From the NCBI GenBank assembly GCA_026002975.1, contig BPGJ01000005.1, forward strand, positions 6,438-70,437: 64,000 bases of DNA, written 5' to 3'. The translations under genes were made by a program, and so were the position numbers. Shown in pieces: positions 29,814 through 37,750 of the stretch. The notes under the pieces were generated by a model. It worked only from the letters and a program-made list of their open reading frames with translations, ran no database searches and had not been told where the DNA came from. Within the stretch, counting starts at the first letter, position 1; each line of letters opens with the position of its first letter. The DNA is from Acidimicrobiia bacterium. Its GTDB lineage: Bacteria > Actinomycetota > Acidimicrobiia > Spongiisociales > ZC4RG35.

Positions 29814-31088
29814 ATGGAAGTCGCGGTAATCGGAGGGGGGTACGTCGGACTGGTGCAGACCGCCGGTCTGGCCCATCTGGGGCACCGGGTCAGGCTCGCC
29901 GACGTCGACCCTGCCCGCATAGCTCGGCTCGAAGCCGGTGAGCTCCCCATCTTCGAGCCGGGACTGTCCGAACTGTTCGAACGGGCCCGCCAGCGGAAGC
30001 TGCTCTCGTTCTTCGACGACAACCGGGAGGCGGTGAAGGGAGCCGAAGTGGTGTTCCTAACCCTACCCACCCCCTCCAACGGCGACGGGTCGGCCGACAC
30101 CTCGGTGATCTTCTCGGTCGTCGAGGAGATAGCTCCGGTCCTCGAGCCGAACACGGTCGTTGTGACCAAGTCGACGGTTCCCGTCGGCACCGGTCGAGCG
30201 CTCGAGGAGCTGGTGGCTCGTATCAACCCGCGGGTTCACGTCGCCTCCAACCCCGAGTTCCTAAGCGAAGGAAACGCAGTCGACGACTTCCTCCGGGCGG
30301 AACGGATCGTGGTCGGAGCCAGCGACCGGACGGTGGCCGAACGGGTCGCCTCCCTGTACGAGGGGTTACCCGCCCGGCTGGTCCTCACCGATCCGACCTC
30401 GGCCGAGCTGATCAAATACGGGGCCAACGCCTATCTGGCCACCCGGATCACCTTCTTCAACTCGCTGGCGGAACTGGCCGATCGGTTCGGCGCCGACATC
30501 GCCGACGTCACCGCAGGGATCGGCCTCGACCGGAGGATCGGGCCCCACTTCATGCGGCCCGGGCCGGGCTGGGGAGGTTCCTGTTTCCCCAAGGACACCC
30601 GGGCCCTGGCCCACATGGCGCGGCAAGTCGGATACCGGTTCGGCTTGGTGGAGGAGGCGATCGAGTCCAACCGGCGACACCAGGAGCTGATCGTCGAACG
30701 TTGCCGGGAACTGGTCGGCGGATCCCTCGACGGACTGACCGTGGGGCTGTGGGGTGTGGCCTTCAAGGCGGGGACCGACGACACCAGAGAGTCGCCCGCT
30801 CTGGTGATCGCCCAGGGGCTCATCGCTCAGGGAGCCAGGGTCCGGGCGGCCGACCCGGAGGCCACTTCCGACCTGGTGGAGATGACACCCGACCCGGTGG
30901 CCGCTGCCGAAGGGGCCGCCATGGTGGTGGTGGCCACCGAGTGGCCCGAGTTCCTCAGGGTGGACATGGGGCAGGTCGCCCGGGTGATGGCCGGTGACGT
31001 GGTGTTCGACCTGCGGAACCTGCTCGACCCCGAGGCGGTGAGGAAGGCCGGGTTGCGCTACGTCGGTCGGGGAAGACCCTCGGCCTGA
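29814..31088 (+). CDS. ugd: UDP-glucose 6-dehydrogenase
   Basis: MEVAVIGGGYVGLVQTAGLAHLGHRV...GWGGSCFPKDTRAL (catalytic Cys)...FKAGTDDTRESPA. 424 aa. Confidence 0.9.
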   Translation: MEVAVIGGGYVGLVQTAGLAHLGHRVRLADVDPARIARLEAGELPIFEPGLSELFERARQRKLLSFFDDNREAVKGAEVVFLTLPTPSNGDGSADTSVIFSVVEEIAPVLEPNTVVVTKSTVPVGTGRALEELVARINPRVHVASNPEFLSEGNAVDDFLRAERIVVGASDRTVAERVASLYEGLPARLVLTDPTSAELIKYGANAYLATRITFFNSLAELADRFGADIADVTAGIGLDRRIGPHFMRPGPGWGGSCFPKDTRALAHMARQVGYRFGLVEEAIESNRRHQELIVERCRELVGGSLDGLTVGLWGVAFKAGTDDTRESPALVIAQGLIAQGARVRAADPEATSDLVEMTPDPVAAAEGAAMVVVATEWPEFLRVDMGQVARVMAGDVVFDLRNLLDPEAVRKAGLRYVGRGRPSA

Positions 31089-31089
31089 C

Positions 31090-31791
31090 TCAGCGGAACA
31101 GATCTTCGTCGGGGGGCCGGATCAGGGGCCTCACCCCGGTGTCGGCCGGAGTCCAGGCCACCCCCCTGACCACCGCGGCCGGGACACGATTCGCCTTTCC
31201 CATCACCAGATCAGCCGCCGCGGCGATCTCGTCGGCTAGCGCCACCTCGGTCACCTCGAGGCGGCGGCCGTGGTCGTCTACCTGGCCCCTCAGGTCGGCT
31301 ACCGGCTCCATACCCGCCACCCCGATCGCCACGTCAACCAGCCCCCGACGCCACGGACGCCCGAACGTGTCGGTCACCATCACCGCCACGTCGACCCCGA
31401 AGCGTCTCATCAGTCTCCTACGGATCCGGTTGGCCGACCGGTCGGGGTCGATCGGCAAGAGGACCGCCCATCCCGCCGCGACGTTGGACCGGTCGACCCC
31501 GGCGTTGGCGCAGATGAACCCGTGGGGTGTTTCGGCGATCACGAGGTCCCGGCGGCGCCTGAGGATCGCCTGGGATTCGTTCTCCACCAGCCGGCGATAG
31601 GCGGCTTCGTCTGCGATGGGGACCACGCGCCCTTCCGCCTTCGACACGATCTTGTGGGTCACCACCACCACGTCGCCGTCCTCGAGACCATATGGGCTGG
31701 TCTCGACGGCATCCCCGATGAGGGCGGCCACGTCGTCGCCCTGTCGGACCTCGCCGATCCCCTCGACGGGAAAGATCCTCAGTTCACCCAT
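31090..31791 (-). CDS. cofE: coenzyme F420-0:L-glutamate ligase (CofE), stand-alone form
   Basis: 233 aa. HKIVSKAEGR...AETPHGFICANAGVDRSN...MVTDTFGRPWRRG matches CofE/FbiB N-domain. No C-terminal nitroreductase-like extension. Confidence 0.85.
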   Translation of the reverse strand: MGELRIFPVEGIGEVRQGDDVAALIGDAVETSPYGLEDGDVVVVTHKIVSKAEGRVVPIADEAAYRRLVENESQAILRRRRDLVIAETPHGFICANAGVDRSNVAAGWAVLLPIDPDRSANRIRRRLMRRFGVDVAVMVTDTFGRPWRRGLVDVAIGVAGMEPVADLRGQVDDHGRRLEVTEVALADEIAAAADLVMGKANRVPAAVVRGVAWTPADTGVRPLIRPPDEDLFR

Positions 31792-32681
31792 TTCAGGATC
31801 TCCCAGGCGAGGCGGCGTGCACGCTCCGGGGAGCGGATGTCGATGTCGGTTCGCAGCAGCTCCACATCGTCGGCGGCCACGTCGGGTTCCTCTGGGTCCA
31901 CCACCAGGTGGGTCACCAGCCCCCGGTAGGCGGCCAACACCCCGGCGATTCCCGGGGGATGGCCCAGCGAAGCGAGCAGGTCGGCGGCCGGGCCCCGAAA
32001 GGCTCTGCCTCGCTTCAAGGGGCTCACCGCCACCACGGGCCGACGCCCTTCCACCAACTCCCTGACCCCCCGGACCGCCAGGATGGGGTGGATCGACACC
32101 AGAGGGTTAGAGGGTCCGATCACGATCAGATCGGCCCGCCGCAGGGCCTCCGACGCCCTGGCGCACACCGCGGCGATCTCCGAGCCCTCGAACCTGATCT
32201 CCGACACCCGGTCTCGATGCCCACGCCGGACGAAATAGGTCTGGAAGTCCATCCAGCCCAGCTCGGTCCGCACCCAGGTGCGGAGCCGGTCGTCGGTAGC
32301 GGGGACCACCTCGGTTCGGACGCCTAGCGCGGCGGCTGCCTGGGCGGTCACCTCGCACAGGGGAATCCCCCTCCTGAGGCGCTCGGTCCGGTACAGGCAC
32401 ATCGCCATGTCCCGGTCCCCTACCCGAAACGAAACGTCTTCGCCCCACTCGGACAAGGTCTCCATCAAGGACCAGGTGTCCCCGGCCCGGCCCCACCCCT
32501 CGGGTCCCTCCACCCCGGCGAGGGTGTAGAGGACGGTGTCGATGTCCGGGCAAACGGTCACCCCGTAGACCTCGAGGTCGTCGGCGACGTTCACGATCAC
32601 CGTGGTTTCCACGTCCAGGGTTGACAGCCCCCGGGCGAAGCGGGCGCCTCCTACCCCTCCCGACAGCATCGCGATCTTCAT
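31779..32681 (-). CDS. cofD: 2-phospho-L-lactate transferase (CofD/FbiA)
   Basis: MKIAMLSGGVGGARFARGL...VNVADDLEVYG...IVIGPSNPLVSIHPIL. 300 aa. Overlaps cofE by 13 nt. Confidence 0.9.
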   Translation of the reverse strand: MKIAMLSGGVGGARFARGLSTLDVETTVIVNVADDLEVYGVTVCPDIDTVLYTLAGVEGPEGWGRAGDTWSLMETLSEWGEDVSFRVGDRDMAMCLYRTERLRRGIPLCEVTAQAAAALGVRTEVVPATDDRLRTWVRTELGWMDFQTYFVRRGHRDRVSEIRFEGSEIAAVCARASEALRRADLIVIGPSNPLVSIHPILAVRGVRELVEGRRPVVAVSPLKRGRAFRGPAADLLASLGHPPGIAGVLAAYRGLVTHLVVDPEEPDVAADDVELLRTDIDIRSPERARRLAWEILKWVN

Positions 32682-32725
32682 CCAGGATTGCCTCCGGCTC
32701 GAGACGGTGGTGACATGGTGGTCCC

Positions 32726-35461
32726 ATGTCCACCTCCACTGTCGTCACCTCCGACCGCGCGCACCGTCCTTTCACCCCGACGGTGATGGCGGTGATCGTG
32801 TTCGTCGACACCGACGGGGCGGCTGCGACCGTGGAAGCGGTGAGGCGCCAAGTCTACGGAGTCGCCGCCACGGTGATCGTGGGAGGAGGAGACGAAGGCG
32901 AACGCGTCGCCACCGAGTTGGGCCTCGAGCACCACGCCACCATTCGGGAGCTCCTCGACGGGGTGGGATCCGAGGTCGAGGCGGTGTGGATGCTCCATGG
33001 CGATTCCCACCCTCGGCCGGATGCGCTGGGGGCTCTCGTCTCCGAGATGGGAAGGCAGGACGCGTCGATGGTCGGCTCCAAGATCCTCCTCGCCGACCGG
33101 CCGGATCGTCTCGAATCGGTGGGTTCGGCCACCGACGTCTTCGGTGAGCCGTATTCGGGTCTGGACCCCGGCGAGATCGACTTCGAACAGTACGACGTGG
33201 TCCGGGACGTGGCCTTCCTCTCCGGTGTGTCGGTGCTGATCCGCCGGGACCTGCTCAAGGGGCTGCGGGGTCTCGACCCGGTCCTGGCCCCGGTGGCGGC
33301 CGGCCAGGACCTGTCCCAGCGGGCCCGGGTCGCAGGTGGTCGGGTGGTGGTGGTGCCCTCCTCCGAGGTTCTGCACGCCGGCAGGTGCGCCCACGACGTA
33401 GCGGACTGGAGGGAACTGGCCGGTCGGATGCGGTCGATCATCAAGGCCTACCGCTGGATGACGCTGGCCTGGGTGCTGCCGGTCGGAGCGCTGATCGGAC
33501 TGTTCGAAGGGATGATCCGTCTGTTGTTGGGACAACCAAAACCGTTGTTCGACCACGTGCGGGCTGCCGGGTGGAACGTGGTGCACCTGTGGGGGACCCT
33601 CCGGGAACGGAGGCTGCTCGACCGGGTCCGGGCCGCCGGCGACGAGGAGCTGTTCCGCTACCAGGTGTCGGGTTCGGTACGGATCAGGGAGCTCGCCACC
33701 GAGATCGGCGAGCGGATGGGCTGGACCGTCGACGAGATCGACGCGGCCCGTCCCGAACCGGAACCGGAGGTCGATCGGGCAGGACCCGTGGTCGCCGGCG
33801 TCGTGTTGGTAGCCGCCGCGATCACGGCTCGTCGTCTGATCGTCGGAGCGCTCCCGGTGTCGGGTTTCTCCCTTCCCGCGTCCCCCGACCACTGGTCGGT
33901 GCTGGAGAGCTTCGCCGGAGGGTGGAACCCGGCCGGTCTGGGGAGCCCCGAACCAACTCATCCCGCCGCCGGACTGGTGGCCCTAGTCGGCTTGGTGGTG
34001 GGGGGATGGTCCCAGGGCCTGTTGGCCGTGGTCGGGATCGTCCTGGGAGTGGCGGGAACCGCTCGGCTGCTCCACCGGATGGGTGTGTCGGGTCCCTCCA
34101 GGTACCTGGCCGGGCTGGTCGTGCTGTTCGGGCCGTTCGCGTCGATGGCCGCCCAGACCGGATACTGGCCCGCCGTCGTCGCGGCCGGTGTGGCGCCCTG
34201 GGTCGTGGCCTCCTGTATCCCGGGGGAGGGGTCCAAGACCACCCAGTGGGGTGGGCTTGTGGTGGGATCCATGATCCTGGCCGGCCTCCTCCCGGCCGGC
34301 TTCGTGATTCCCCTGGCGGCGTCGGCCGTCGCGGTGGCCCTGCTCGGTATGCCGAGGTCGGTGCTGTGGCGGGGGGTGGTCGGGACGGGCGCCGGCTACC
34401 TGGCGGCCTCGGCGTATCTGCTCCGCACCGACCCGGCCGACCTCTTCGGCGGGTTTCCGCAGATCGGTGCGCCCAGTCCGTTCCTCGGTGTGCTGGCCTC
34501 GATCGCGGTCGCGGCCACCCTGCTGGCCGCGCCGGGAGAACGGATGCGGCCCGCGGTATGGGGAGGCGCGATCGCCGGTGTGGGATTGGCGGTAGCAGCC
34601 TGGTTCCCGCAGGGTGAGGTCGGGATGGCGAGCCTCGTATTCGGTGGGTTGGGGGCCGGGGTGCTGACCGGAGCAGCCCTGCCTTTCGACCTCGAGGCCA
34701 CTCGACTGAGATCCAGCCTCGACGTGGTGGGGTCCCTGGCCGCCGGTCTCTTGGTGGTCGCCTCGCTGGTGGGCTTGCCCGGCGGCCGGGCGGGCCTCCC
34801 CGAGGACCGGTGGTCGGGTCGGTTGGACTTCGTCTCTTCCCTGGCGCCCGAGGAGGGACCAGGGAGGGTGCTGGTGGTAGGAGACCCCGGATCCCTCCCC
34901 GGTGGCTGGCGGGTTGGGAACGGGTACGCCTACCGACTCGTCTGGGGGACCCGGCCCACCCTGGATCAGGCCTGGCTCCCAGCCGAACGGGAAGGTGACC
35001 GCCAGCTGGCCGCGGTGTTGTCGGAGATCGACCGGGGAGACGTACTCCACCCGGGTGAGGCCCTGGCCGAGTTCGCCATCCGGTGGATCGTGGTCCTCGA
35101 CGGAGCGCCGCTCGCCCAATCCCTCCGAGCTCAGGTCGATCTCGAGCCGATACCCGTCGCCCCCGACGTGGTCGTGTTCGAGAACACGGTGGCCCGTCCC
35201 CGGGTAGAAGCCCCCGGCTGGGTAGAGACCCGGAGCGGAGGTGAAGGTCCGCCCAGCGCCGAGTCGGTGCGACTGGCCGACAACGCCTTCCCCCGATGGG
35301 GACCGGACTGGGAGCAGGACGGCTGGGCCAACCGGATGTCGGCCTCCCAGGGACGTCTGATCTATCGCAACGATCCATTGGGCATGTGGCCGGCGCTCGC
35401 CGCTGGGGTGACCCTGGTGGCCGGTCTGGTGGCCATGGTGGTCGGGAGGTTCCGCAGATGA
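32726..35461 (+). CDS. fusion protein: N-terminal GT2-like glycosyltransferase domain plus C-terminal polytopic membrane domain of about 600 aa (911 aa)
   Basis: N-terminal 300 aa has a GT2-like fold (VIVFVDTDGAAATVEAVRRQVYG...VWMLHGDSHPRPDALGALV...VAFLSGVSVLIRRDL). It is followed by about 15 predicted transmembrane segments. Located divergently from cofD. Confidence 0.75.
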   Translation: MSTSTVVTSDRAHRPFTPTVMAVIVFVDTDGAAATVEAVRRQVYGVAATVIVGGGDEGERVATELGLEHHATIRELLDGVGSEVEAVWMLHGDSHPRPDALGALVSEMGRQDASMVGSKILLADRPDRLESVGSATDVFGEPYSGLDPGEIDFEQYDVVRDVAFLSGVSVLIRRDLLKGLRGLDPVLAPVAAGQDLSQRARVAGGRVVVVPSSEVLHAGRCAHDVADWRELAGRMRSIIKAYRWMTLAWVLPVGALIGLFEGMIRLLLGQPKPLFDHVRAAGWNVVHLWGTLRERRLLDRVRAAGDEELFRYQVSGSVRIRELATEIGERMGWTVDEIDAARPEPEPEVDRAGPVVAGVVLVAAAITARRLIVGALPVSGFSLPASPDHWSVLESFAGGWNPAGLGSPEPTHPAAGLVALVGLVVGGWSQGLLAVVGIVLGVAGTARLLHRMGVSGPSRYLAGLVVLFGPFASMAAQTGYWPAVVAAGVAPWVVASCIPGEGSKTTQWGGLVVGSMILAGLLPAGFVIPLAASAVAVALLGMPRSVLWRGVVGTGAGYLAASAYLLRTDPADLFGGFPQIGAPSPFLGVLASIAVAATLLAAPGERMRPAVWGGAIAGVGLAVAAWFPQGEVGMASLVFGGLGAGVLTGAALPFDLEATRLRSSLDVVGSLAAGLLVVASLVGLPGGRAGLPEDRWSGRLDFVSSLAPEEGPGRVLVVGDPGSLPGGWRVGNGYAYRLVWGTRPTLDQAWLPAEREGDRQLAAVLSEIDRGDVLHPGEALAEFAIRWIVVLDGAPLAQSLRAQVDLEPIPVAPDVVVFENTVARPRVEAPGWVETRSGGEGPPSAESVRLADNAFPRWGPDWEQDGWANRMSASQGRLIYRNDPLGMWPALAAGVTLVAGLVAMVVGRFRR

Positions 35462-36642
35462 CCAGGGCGGTGTTCACCGTGGCGGTCCTCGCTTTGCTGG
35501 TCGGAGGGTGGCTGAGCTGGGAACCCGTCGTCCCGCCGGACGTCGGAGTGGGCAGCCAGCCCGCCCCCCCGAAAGCCCGGGGTTGCTCGGCCCGGGTCGA
35601 GAGGGACCTCGCCGGGTCTCTCGGAGTCGCAACCGCGGAGGGCCGGCCGGTTCCCGTGCTGGTGGTGGGAGCGCCTGCCGATACGGTCGAGCCGCTGGAG
35701 GGGGTGGTGGCCCTCACCGACCTCATACCCGGAGGCTTGGCGGGAATCCTCCTCGACCCCGACACCCCCGACACCGCCGGGGTCGTCACCCAGACCGGGA
35801 TCGGGGTGGCTGCCGTCACCTGCACGCCCCCTGGGCTGGGACGGCTGGTGGCGGTCGGCGCATCGACCCGCAACGAAGAGGACCTCGAGTTGAGGCTGAT
35901 CAACCCGTATGCGGTCGACGCGGTGGTCGAGATCGGCACCGTGTCGGAGAACGGCCTGGACACGGCTTCCGAGCTGGCGTCGGTGATCGTCCCGGCTCGA
36001 ACGGTCGTCACCCGCGACCTCGACAACCTCCTTCCGTTGCGGGACTCCCTCGATGTGGAAGCGACCGTCGTGTCCGGTGCCGTCCACGTCGAGCTGGTCC
36101 AGACGGGGGCAGGTGACACGATGATCATCGAAGGGGTCGCCCCGGCCGAGGAGTTGTGGCTGGCCGTTCCCGCCCTGGACGTGCCTGCCGTGGCGGAGGT
36201 GTTCAATCCGAACCCTGCACCAACCGAGGTCACGGTCGAGTCGGTGGGCGGCGACGTGGTCTTCTCCGAGACCCTGCCCGCCACCTCTCTGGTGCAGGTG
36301 GACGTGACCGGACTCGGCGGAGTTCGGGTGGCGGCCGCGGGCCCGATCGGAGCGGGGTTGATCTTCGAAGCCGACGGGATACGGGCCGGGGCGCCCGGGG
36401 TCGGCGCCGCGGCTCGCTGGCTGCTGCCCGGGGTGGAGACGGTTTGGGTGCTCAACCCCTCCGACGTTGCCGTCTCGGTGGTGGTCGACGGCAGCCCCGG
36501 GGTCGAGATCGAGCCGGGCGAACTCGCCGCCCTCACCGGCACCTTCGTCGATGCCACCGGCGACGTCGTCGCCTACGGAACGGTGGGCGACGGGCGGGGC
36601 CTGGTGGCGGGATGGTCCCTTCCGGATGCAGCCGATCGATGA
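35458..36642 (+). CDS. hypothetical membrane-anchored or secreted beta-rich protein (DUF5719-like), translationally coupled to the GT2-membrane fusion
   Basis: ATGA overlap at 35458-35461. N-terminal transmembrane/signal anchor MTRAVFTVAVLALLVGGWLSW, then a 370-aa low-complexity V/G/A/D-rich domain. Confidence 0.5.
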   Translation: MTRAVFTVAVLALLVGGWLSWEPVVPPDVGVGSQPAPPKARGCSARVERDLAGSLGVATAEGRPVPVLVVGAPADTVEPLEGVVALTDLIPGGLAGILLDPDTPDTAGVVTQTGIGVAAVTCTPPGLGRLVAVGASTRNEEDLELRLINPYAVDAVVEIGTVSENGLDTASELASVIVPARTVVTRDLDNLLPLRDSLDVEATVVSGAVHVELVQTGAGDTMIIEGVAPAEELWLAVPALDVPAVAEVFNPNPAPTEVTVESVGGDVVFSETLPATSLVQVDVTGLGGVRVAAAGPIGAGLIFEADGIRAGAPGVGAAARWLLPGVETVWVLNPSDVAVSVVVDGSPGVEIEPGELAALTGTFVDATGDVVAYGTVGDGRGLVAGWSLPDAADR

Positions 36643-36994
36643 CCTCGTCTGGCGCCTGGTGCTGGTGGCGGTGGTGGGCGTCGCCGCGGCCGGGCTCGGA
36701 TGGTGGAGCCGCCGCGGAGTGGTGCTGTGGCGGCGCCGGCGGTACGTCCCGCTGGAACCCGGCCTCTATCTCTTCGTGTCGGCGGGTTGCCCGCCATGTC
36801 GGGTGATGCAAGACCGGCTGGAGACCCTCGGCGTCGACTTCCAGCTGGTGGCGTACGAGGAACGGCCGGACTGGTTCCGAACCCACCGGATAGACCGGGT
36901 GCCCGCGTTGATAGGGGTCGGCTCCGACGGGCGAGCTTGGGGTTCGGAGGGGATCCCGCCGATGTGGCTGTTGAGACGGTGGGTCTCGGGTTAG
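36626..36994 (+). CDS. membrane-anchored thioredoxin-fold (glutaredoxin-like) protein with CPPC motif
   Basis: N-terminal transmembrane helix, then LYLFVSAGCPPCRVMQDRLETLGVDFQLVAYEE...RVPALI (thioredoxin fold, CxxC). Overlaps the previous gene by 17 nt. Confidence 0.5.
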   Translation: MQPIDDLVWRLVLVAVVGVAAAGLGWWSRRGVVLWRRRRYVPLEPGLYLFVSAGCPPCRVMQDRLETLGVDFQLVAYEERPDWFRTHRIDRVPALIGVGSDGRAWGSEGIPPMWLLRRWVSG

Positions 36995-37041
36995 ACGACG
37001 GTCCTTGTCGACGGAGAGGGCGACGGATACCGTGACGGCCC

Positions 37042-37266
37042 ATGACCACCTCATGCGTCCGCTGCTCCACTCCTGCCTCCACGATGATGACCTTCGACTA
37101 CGAAGCCAAAACGGTGTGGCTCGTCGAGCTGAAACGGGATCCGGCAGCTCCCCACGGCTACCCCATGTGCGTCGACCACGCCGACCGTCTCTCCCCGCCC
37201 CTGGGCTGGACGCTGACCGACCGCCGCAACGTGACCCGACTCTTCGCCCCGGTGGAGGTGGCCTGA
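37042..37266 (+). CDS. small Cys-containing protein, DUF3499-like (74 aa)
   Basis: MTTSCVRCSTPASTMMTFDYEAKTVWLVELKRDPAAPHGYPMCVDHADRLSPPLGWTLTDRR. It has the CxxC...C..H pattern and the GW.L.D.R tail recalled for actinobacterial DUF3499 proteins. This is a memory-based call. Confidence 0.45.
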   Translation: MTTSCVRCSTPASTMMTFDYEAKTVWLVELKRDPAAPHGYPMCVDHADRLSPPLGWTLTDRRNVTRLFAPVEVA

Positions 37267-37268
37267 GA

Positions 37269-37529
37269 GTGGACCGGGAGCTGATCGAGGCGGTCAAGGA
37301 GCTGGACGAGGCCGGCCTGCGGCGTCTCTTCATCCTGGCTCGAGCCCGGCTCGAATCGGCGGGAGTGGACCTGGGAGATGCCCCCAAGGTGAACCTCAAA
37401 CGCCGTCTGGTGCGGTGTGGGAAACCGACCTGCGGTGCGTGCCCTCACGGCCCCTACTGGTATGCCTACTGGACGGAGGGCGGCAGACGAAGGAGCCGTT
37501 ACGTGGGCAGGCTCCTCGACGAACCCTGA
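37269..37529 (+). CDS. hypothetical small protein with C-terminal CGKPTCGACPHGPYWY zinc-ribbon-like motif (87 aa)
   Basis: GTG start 3 nt after the previous stop. Charged helical N-terminus (VDRELIEAVKELDEAGLRRLFILARARL). C-terminus RCGKPTCGACPHGPYWYAYWTEGGRRRSRYVG. Confidence 0.4.
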   Translation: MDRELIEAVKELDEAGLRRLFILARARLESAGVDLGDAPKVNLKRRLVRCGKPTCGACPHGPYWYAYWTEGGRRRSRYVGRLLDEP

Positions 37530-37566
37530 GCCGCCGGTAACCTTGGATCGAGAAGGGAAAACAGGG

Positions 37567-37743
37567 ATGGACTGCCCGGCGTGTGGCGCACGCGACGTGA
37601 TCGAGATCAAACACCGGCTGCCGGACGGAACCCAGCTGGACTTCTTCTCCTGCCACATGTGTGACGAGCGGTGGTGGGACCGGCAAGGTGACAACGTCAC
37701 CCTGAAGGAGGTCCTCGATCTAGCCCGCAGGCTGCGGCGCTGA
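37567..37743 (+). CDS. 58-aa zinc-ribbon protein (CPACG...CHMCD)
   Basis: GGGAAAACAGGG ribosome-binding-site-like sequence, then ATG. Translation MDCPACGARDVIEIKHRLPDGTQLDFFSCHMCDERWWDRQGDNVTLKEVLDLARRLRR. Confidence 0.35.
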   Translation: MDCPACGARDVIEIKHRLPDGTQLDFFSCHMCDERWWDRQGDNVTLKEVLDLARRLRR

Positions 37744-37750
37744 CCCGCCC

